Positions 58,853 to 64,000 of a stretch of 64,000 nucleotides of DNA are shown piece by piece; position 1 is the stretch's first letter; each line of letters starts with the position of its first letter. The notes under the pieces were generated by a model, which saw only the letters and a program-made list of their open reading frames with translations, made no database searches and was not told where the DNA came from. The stretch is taken from IMG/VR virus record IMGVR_UViG_3300030098_005028, positions 32,001 to 96,000 of that record. One strand, given 5' to 3'. The translations under genes and the position numbers were made by a program. This stretch comes from a virus.

Positions 58853-59146
58853 TTATTGTCTTTCTATAGAATCTAATTTTTCCCTGAGCTTCGCTATCTC
58901 AACATTCAATTCGTTCAACACTGCTGTATTAGCACTAAGATTCAATCTTACTTCGTTCAATGTTGCGCGAACTAGCTCTTTATCAATAACGTAAGGAGAT
59001 TCCTTTTGAATCATTTCCGATACTTTATTTTCCGTAACGTATGCCTTTGCCTCAACCAGCCAAAACCCAACCATTAGGACGATACAGCTTATCGCAGTCA
59101 CAGTTGTTGTTTTCCAAATGGTTTCTTTATCAGACTTATCACCCAT
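58853..59146 (-). CDS. Single-TM membrane protein with coiled coil
   Basis: One hydrophobic segment, heptad-rich C-terminus; GAGGGG SD. Confidence 0.65.
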   Translation of the reverse strand: MGDKSDKETIWKTTTVTAISCIVLMVGFWLVEAKAYVTENKVSEMIQKESPYVIDKELVRATLNEVRLNLSANTAVLNELNVEIAKLREKLDSIERQ

Positions 59147-59166
59147 GTCGATCCCCTCTGTGAGAA

Positions 59167-59204
59167 GAATACCGCCGCACCCTTTCGGGTGCGACGGATT
59201 ATTC
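59167..59204 (-). terminator. GC-rich stem-loop with GAAA tetraloop after the 59214 gene (terminator or mRNA-stabilising hairpin)
   Basis: Minus strand CCGTCGCACCC-GAAA-GGGTGCGGCGG; weak U-tract. Confidence 0.6.
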
Positions 59205-59213
59205 TAATTCAAA

Positions 59214-59942
59214 CTAACCTACCAAGCTGGAGCTTGCTTTGCTGCGATCAGTACCTTCGTACTCATCTCTGGTCGCACCAGTGGTGTTACCAACAACTGC
59301 ACCTGATTCGCTACCAGTTGGGAATGCTTTACCTTCGTGATAGGTAAGCTGACCCGGAATAGCGTAAACAGAAGTATCTCCAACTTGAACTGCGTAGTCA
59401 TAAATACTTCCAGCAATTTTGTGGAAGGAACTACCCAGAGCAGCAGGGGCTTCTGCGGCGTTTGAAGCATCAACCCAGTTATGTCTTGAACCAGATGTAC
59501 CAGTCCAAGAGAACTGATTTGCTCTCCATTTAGTAAGAGTCTTAGCACCAACAGGAGTTGGGTTTCTTTCCGTAGTACCATCAGCTACAGCATAAGTTGC
59601 CGAAGCCATATACATGGCACTGTTTGCAGATCCACCACTTACTCCAGCGAGAATAGTTGGTAATCTCAACATAACGAATCCAGTGTCTGTCTTTGAACGA
59701 GACGTAGTCACATGTGGATTGTGAGCGAAATTACCACCACTCACAGCCTTAGAAGCGGTAGCAGCAGTTGCTCCTTCTCTTGGGCTGTTACTGTGAGAAG
59801 TATCTATTGTTCTACCCGGAGTAATAGACTTAGTAATCTGATTTGTGCTGTCAATGTTTCCTGCGTGGAAAATTGTTCCACCATTATTAACATCGTTAGC
59901 TGGTGTATTAGCAAGATGGTTATTGCCTACTGGGACTGCCAT
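59214..59942 (-). CDS. Putative virion structural protein
   Basis: Ala/Gly/Ser/Thr-rich, GGAGG SD, own leader and 3' hairpin; probable start 59942. Confidence 0.55.
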   Translation of the reverse strand: MAVPVGNNHLANTPANDVNNGGTIFHAGNIDSTNQITKSITPGRTIDTSHSNSPREGATAATASKAVSGGNFAHNPHVTTSRSKTDTGFVMLRLPTILAGVSGGSANSAMYMASATYAVADGTTERNPTPVGAKTLTKWRANQFSWTGTSGSRHNWVDASNAAEAPAALGSSFHKIAGSIYDYAVQVGDTSVYAIPGQLTYHEGKAFPTGSESGAVVGNTTGATRDEYEGTDRSKASSSLVG

Positions 59943-60014
59943 AATTAAAACCTCCATAAATGGAACGTGTACATCCTAGCAAGATCCTAAAATAAATTCC
60001 TATGTCCCGGCAAC

Positions 60015-60027
60015 ATATAATACACCA
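60015..60027 (-). promoter_or_regulatory. Candidate phage late-promoter motif TGGTGTATTATAT
   Basis: Intergenic; shares TGGTGTAT with 10721. Confidence 0.35.
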
Positions 60028-60039
60028 GAAAAATGCCGA

Positions 60040-60531
60040 TTAATTTTCAGAATTAAAATTTATCATTTTGTCTAATATCGTGTTTGACGCTTCATTCTCA
60101 TGCTTCTTGACTTTATCATTTATCTCTTTTCTGACTTTAGAAGCTTCAAATAATCCAGTCATAGGTATACCTATTCGTAACCGATACCTAGAATACACGT
60201 CTAATGTTTCTACGCCAGAAATTTTACTGATTATATCGACTATTTTTTCTGTAATGTCAAAATTAGTATGCATTAGCCAAAAGTTAAACTTTTCGCATAA
60301 CAATGCCTCATCTGATATAGAGTATAGTCCAAGTGGAGTGTGAATTAGTTTTGAAGAGCCAATATCAAACTCATCACTAATTTCAGAAAACAAGTCTTCT
60401 CCAAATTGTTCCTCTTCATCAGACGAAGAATTTACAACTTTGGTTACATTTCCAAAAAGAGGATCGTTCCACTTCTCCCATATTATCTCTTTAGCCACCG
60501 ATATCACCAGCTTTTCTAAACTCAAATACAT
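60040..60531 (-). CDS. Hypothetical protein
   Basis: 163 aa, in operon. Confidence 0.6.
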   Translation of the reverse strand: MYLSLEKLVISVAKEIIWEKWNDPLFGNVTKVVNSSSDEEEQFGEDLFSEISDEFDIGSSKLIHTPLGLYSISDEALLCEKFNFWLMHTNFDITEKIVDIISKISGVETLDVYSRYRLRIGIPMTGLFEASKVRKEINDKVKKHENEASNTILDKMINFNSEN

Positions 60532-60832
60532 TGATAGGAGAGACGTATGGGTCTTTTTCTTTGTCTGAGATTATACGTCGCTTCCATTTAGTCATAATTT
60601 TTTTAACTGTAGTTTCTGTATTGTTGGTAATTCCATATGAAATCATGGACTTAGCTGTATCTTCAATAAATGAACCATTGGAAATAGAATGAAGCATATT
60701 AGAAATGTCTTCACATACTTTTTCATCTCCAAAGTATGGACTTATATTAGTTTTTACATATATACAATCTTCATCATGGTCATATTCGTATTTTACATAT
60801 GATCTCATGCTAGTTTCAAATTCGTCAATCAT
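60491..60832 (-). CDS. Hypothetical protein
   Basis: ATGA-coupled ORF. Confidence 0.55.
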   Translation of the reverse strand: MIDEFETSMRSYVKYEYDHDEDCIYVKTNISPYFGDEKVCEDISNMLHSISNGSFIEDTAKSMISYGITNNTETTVKKIMTKWKRRIISDKEKDPYVSPINVFEFRKAGDIGG

Positions 60833-61209
60833 GATACAAAACAAGCCTTTCTACAAACAGTGAGGTGGGGAACAGAGGTGTCTGCCTCTAATTCTCTAAT
60901 ATTTTTCCAAACCATTCCCTCCTCAAGATTATTCATTATTGGAGGAAGTTTAACTCTAAAGGTTAGATAGACAGTCTTTTCTTCTGCCACGATCATTTCT
61001 ACAAAACCTATGTTTTCAACAGACAGCCATCTTATTTCACAAAGTGTATACTTTCTTGCAATTGATAATGCTAATTGTTCAGATTCTTTCTCGTTATCAA
61101 CATCGCAAGTGGGTATTAAAAACACACCATCTTCTTCTACAAATCCGCATTCTTCTGGTTGTTTCTCTGCTGACCATTTTACAAAGACAACTGCTATTTT
61201 AACTTTCAC
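60829..61209 (-). CDS. Hypothetical protein (possible degenerate NUDIX-like fold)
   Basis: 126 aa; only weak pattern resemblance. Confidence 0.45.
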   Translation of the reverse strand: MKVKIAVVFVKWSAEKQPEECGFVEEDGVFLIPTCDVDNEKESEQLALSIARKYTLCEIRWLSVENIGFVEMIVAEEKTVYLTFRVKLPPIMNNLEEGMVWKNIRELEADTSVPHLTVCRKACFVS

Positions 61210-62161
61210 TAAACACTTTCCCCCAATAGCTCAATTTTAATTTTTCTATAGTAGACCAGTCTGGAAATCCATTCATTATCAATTCATATTGTTCATCAAG
61301 AAAATCTTTTGTAATACAATACATGTTCTCAACTATTAGAATTGGAAGATCAGAAAAAGACTCTGAAACATAACTTCTTTCAACAATAGGAATAGTACCA
61401 AGGGCTAATGCTTCCCAAGTTCTAAAGCAATCTATCCCGTTTCCATTTGGACAGAGGACAAACTTGTGAGAAGATAATTCATTCAAATAAGTTTCGTTAT
61501 CTTTAGCTTCATCTACATATGTACAAAACGAAAAGTTTGAGTCTCTGTAAAAACTTTTTATATTCAGTCTTTCTACAGTATATGTTTGAAAGTTTACATA
61601 CAGAGACTTATCTTGTCTCTTTTCTGTAAGATTAATATTGTCCAGTATTTCATATGACCAGCTAGGTATTCCAAAAGGTATGCACTCAATCTTAGGATGC
61701 TTGCACATCATATTGACAGTAAACCATTTTCTGATGTTACTAGGAATATCTGAAAACGTAGACTTTGTATAACTATCACATTTGACTGAGAAAAGATCTG
61801 ATTGATTACAGTTCTCTACATCGCATCTTGGGGGAACAATAAAGTGTCTATAGCCTAACTGAGACAAGTCTACAGTATGATCATACGGAATACTTTTGAT
61901 CGCTTTGTGCATGTCCATCCATACCGAATGTTCATGTTGGTAAGCAATACCAAAGTCGCTTCTAGGACTAACAATTACATATTCTCTTCCATTGTCGCCA
62001 CATCTGTTAAAAAATTCAGATATTTCATCATTGTGGACTTGTACAATTCCAGAATCAGGAACATGTTTTAGGTTGTCGTACTTGTATTCATCATCACAAT
62101 ATTTGATATATGATTGTGATTCAAGACAATCAGACGATGGAATTATCAGTTTCTTTTCCAT
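61199..62161 (-). CDS. Exostosin/GT47-like glycosyltransferase
   Basis: 'YL.EL..HKFVLCP.GNGIDCFR.WEAL.LG.IPIV'. Confidence 0.8.
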   Translation of the reverse strand: MEKKLIIPSSDCLESQSYIKYCDDEYKYDNLKHVPDSGIVQVHNDEISEFFNRCGDNGREYVIVSPRSDFGIAYQHEHSVWMDMHKAIKSIPYDHTVDLSQLGYRHFIVPPRCDVENCNQSDLFSVKCDSYTKSTFSDIPSNIRKWFTVNMMCKHPKIECIPFGIPSWSYEILDNINLTEKRQDKSLYVNFQTYTVERLNIKSFYRDSNFSFCTYVDEAKDNETYLNELSSHKFVLCPNGNGIDCFRTWEALALGTIPIVERSYVSESFSDLPILIVENMYCITKDFLDEQYELIMNGFPDWSTIEKLKLSYWGKVFSES

Positions 62162-62366
62162 AATGTTTTTTCAACACCTCTATCCTGTCCGTTGCGTCTA
62201 CCAACATGTCTAAAGCTTGGTCTAGGTTTTCGTGATAGTCTACAGTAGAGTGATCACCAATGCCAACTCCATTATTCAATAAAAGCTCAAAAGAAAGATG
62301 TGCCTTATTTTTATCTGAAATAGCCTTATTCCATAGGTAGTCTAAAGAATGTTTTCTAATTGACAT
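62130..62366 (-). CDS. Small hypothetical phage protein
   Basis: 'L.N.VGIGDH' motif recurrent in small phage proteins. Confidence 0.6.
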   Translation of the reverse strand: MSIRKHSLDYLWNKAISDKNKAHLSFELLLNNGVGIGDHSTVDYHENLDQALDMLVDATDRIEVLKKHYGKETDNSIV

Positions 62367-62481
62367 TTTTATTCCTTCTATTTATCACTTTTTTTTCCTC
62401 TCTTTTTAGTAGAAACATAGCAGACAAAGCCACAAAAATTTCTATAGACCAAGCTAAAAGTCCAGCTAGTATGGCTTCCAC
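62356..62481 (-). CDS. 41-aa single-TM peptide (not in ORF track)
   Basis: GTG start adjoining the GT4 stop; MEAILAGLLAWSIEIFVALSAMFLLKREEKKVINRRNKNVN*. Confidence 0.45.
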   Translation of the reverse strand: MEAILAGLLAWSIEIFVALSAMFLLKREEKKVINRRNKNVN

Positions 62482-63536
62482 TACAGCCCCTCCATAACTT
62501 TTTGTGCAGAATTAGTCCATGAAAAATTTTCTGCTGTCAAACGGCCTTCTTCATTATATGTCTTGCCTGATTGAACCTTGTCATGAACAGTTCTCATTAT
62601 ATCAACCATTTCATCAATATGTCTATCTTCTATTTTTGCCCAGTTTCCTTGTCCATTGAACCATATTCCATCAAATGCCTTTTCTGTTTTTTGTATATCA
62701 ACTAGATGGCAATTGTCTTGATTGCAAAATTCTGTGTGGGCAGAGTAGTTAGTAGATATTACATGCTTTCCACAAGACATCATCTCTAGAAGCTCAAGAT
62801 TCCAGCCCTCTGCTCTTGAAGGGAATAAGCCACAATGCGAGTCACCCATTATTCTTGATAGTTCTTCATGAGTTTCTACACGAGGAATAATTTTTACTTT
62901 GTCTCCTAGTTTTGAACCTCTATAAAATCTCTGCCAGTTATGTGTTTGTTCATCACTAAGAAATGGGTTGCTGTTCATCATCCATAATTGAACATTATCT
63001 TTTTTGGTAAAGGCTTTATTAAATATCTTAGCAATAATATCGTGTCCTTTTCTCTTTTCCCACTTACCAATATTTATAAACACAGTATCTGACTGATTAG
63101 ACTCTTGAACAGAGAATACGTTTGAGTCAACGCCAAGAGGGGCGACACTAACATCCATGTCTGGGATGTGGTTTAATATTATTGACTTCGCCCATTCTGA
63201 GCAAACGATTATAGAATCTAACTGTGACAGGTGATGCATCTCTTGTGTTGAGAACTTATCTAACTCAAATATAGGAAAGCCTACACGTTTTCCTCTTCCG
63301 ACATGCATTGCCATATCATGCTGATGCCAAAGTCTCAAGCTAACAGCATCAGGATTAAAAAGCTTTTGATTTTCTATGTAATGAGCAACAGATTCAGCAT
63401 CTGCCTTACTATCTACTTCAGGACTTCCTATTGGAAAATAACAAACATCTGCCATTACTCCCAACTTTTTTAATATATTCCATCCTGCTACTCCATATCC
63501 CAAACTATTAACGGGGGAAATGTAATTGATATCCAT
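62481..63536 (-). CDS. GT4 glycosyltransferase
   Basis: 'GYG', 'PLGVD', 'GKWEKRKG', 'PSRAEGWNL..LE.M.CG'; probable start 63536. Confidence 0.9.
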   Translation of the reverse strand: MDINYISPVNSLGYGVAGWNILKKLGVMADVCYFPIGSPEVDSKADAESVAHYIENQKLFNPDAVSLRLWHQHDMAMHVGRGKRVGFPIFELDKFSTQEMHHLSQLDSIIVCSEWAKSIILNHIPDMDVSVAPLGVDSNVFSVQESNQSDTVFINIGKWEKRKGHDIIAKIFNKAFTKKDNVQLWMMNSNPFLSDEQTHNWQRFYRGSKLGDKVKIIPRVETHEELSRIMGDSHCGLFPSRAEGWNLELLEMMSCGKHVISTNYSAHTEFCNQDNCHLVDIQKTEKAFDGIWFNGQGNWAKIEDRHIDEMVDIMRTVHDKVQSGKTYNEEGRLTAENFSWTNSAQKVMEGL

Positions 63537-63550
63537 CCTTATTCCTAAAT

Positions 63551-63826
63551 CTACATTCTTTGATTCCATCTATTTTTGGCATCATCAAAGCTACTACAGT
63601 CCTCAGTCATGCACCCACAGTCTTCACACTCATACCAATAGTAAGGATTAACACCCCATGTGCTTGCCTGCGCCATCGCTGATCCTCCACAAAAAGGACA
63701 CGGCAAGAGGGATTCCCCCGTAAACTTTGACACTTGGATGTCATGCCTGCCACACTTTATGCACCATATTGGTTTGTTGTCTGCATTTACGATTCTACTG
63801 CAACAACTAAGTATATATCTGTCCAT
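63551..63826 (-). CDS. Lar (restriction alleviation)-family zinc-finger protein
   Basis: 'LLPCPFCGG...C..CG...A...WN.R'. Confidence 0.75.
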   Translation of the reverse strand: MDRYILSCCSRIVNADNKPIWCIKCGRHDIQVSKFTGESLLPCPFCGGSAMAQASTWGVNPYYWYECEDCGCMTEDCSSFDDAKNRWNQRM

Positions 63827-63838
63827 AGTCTAGCGTCT

Positions 63839-64000
63839 TTACCACATTTTGCATGACCAATATCTTGGCGTTGTTTTGTCCTTAGCCGTATCGCATTTGT
63901 GTCTGGCACGAAAACTTTTTCTTCTAGCGGGGTTATCTCTTTTTATTTCCATGTTTGGATCGCCAAAGTTGACTTTAATAACATTGCCTTTTTGGTTTTT
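63839..64000 (-). CDS. C-terminal part of a conserved basic phage protein (truncated by window end)
   Basis: KNQKGNVIKVNFGDPNMEIKRDNPARRKSFRARHKCDTAKDKTTPRYWSCKMW*, a motif widespread in aquatic phages. Confidence 0.75.
   Translation of the reverse strand, partial: KNQKGNVIKVNFGDPNMEIKRDNPARRKSFRARHKCDTAKDKTTPRYWSCKMW

Noticed and set aside
57798-60040. tRNA or structured ncRNA in the intergenic gaps
   Set aside because: Gaps are under ~100 bp and contain only simple hairpins; no cloverleaf or T-loop consensus.
127-62213. The many 60-133 aa ORFs antisense to or nested in larger genes
   Set aside because: They look like shadow ORFs of real genes, with no recognisable motifs.
1-64000. Stop-codon reassignment
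   Set aside because: Standard-code ORFs tile the window densely and all three stops end well-recognised genes.
1-64000. Specific host assignment (e.g. PVC superphylum from the chlamydia-like NrdB)
   Set aside because: Suggestive only; it needs phylogeny or spacer matches.

Overview
This is a gene-dense, AT-rich 64 kb segment of a large tailed-phage (Caudoviricetes-like) genome read in the standard code; the host cannot be assigned from this window. Bases 1-11386 (+) hold the end of a virion-structure operon: a probable tape-measure C-terminus, large tail/baseplate-like proteins, very Cys-rich proteins and an embedded glycosyltransferase. Bases 11381-64000 (-) are one tightly packed block. 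It contains a Whirly-like ssDNA-binding protein beside a Rad52-like annealase, and a ~26 kb, ~31-gene glycan island (dTDP-sugar pathway, amino/C-methyl sugar enzymes, KdsA-like synthase, CMP-transferase, a GT29 sialyltransferase-like enzyme, GDP-fucose synthase, about ten glycosyltransferases and several methyltransferases). It also contains a replication module (SSB, intein-less split DnaE with a DEDDh exonuclease gene between the halves, Cas4-like nuclease, dNMP kinase, primase, DnaB, RecA), NrdA plus an NrdB with the tyrosyl-radical-less class Ic (Mn/Fe) signature, and small membrane/structural genes. The best candidate for an undescribed system is phage-encoded glycosylation with an acidic (ulosonic-acid) cap, possibly acting on Ser/Cys-rich virion proteins. 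A manual scan found no CCWGG or GGWCC site in the window. I saw no tRNA, rRNA, CRISPR array, intein or IS element. All family calls come from motif recognition by eye, not database searches.
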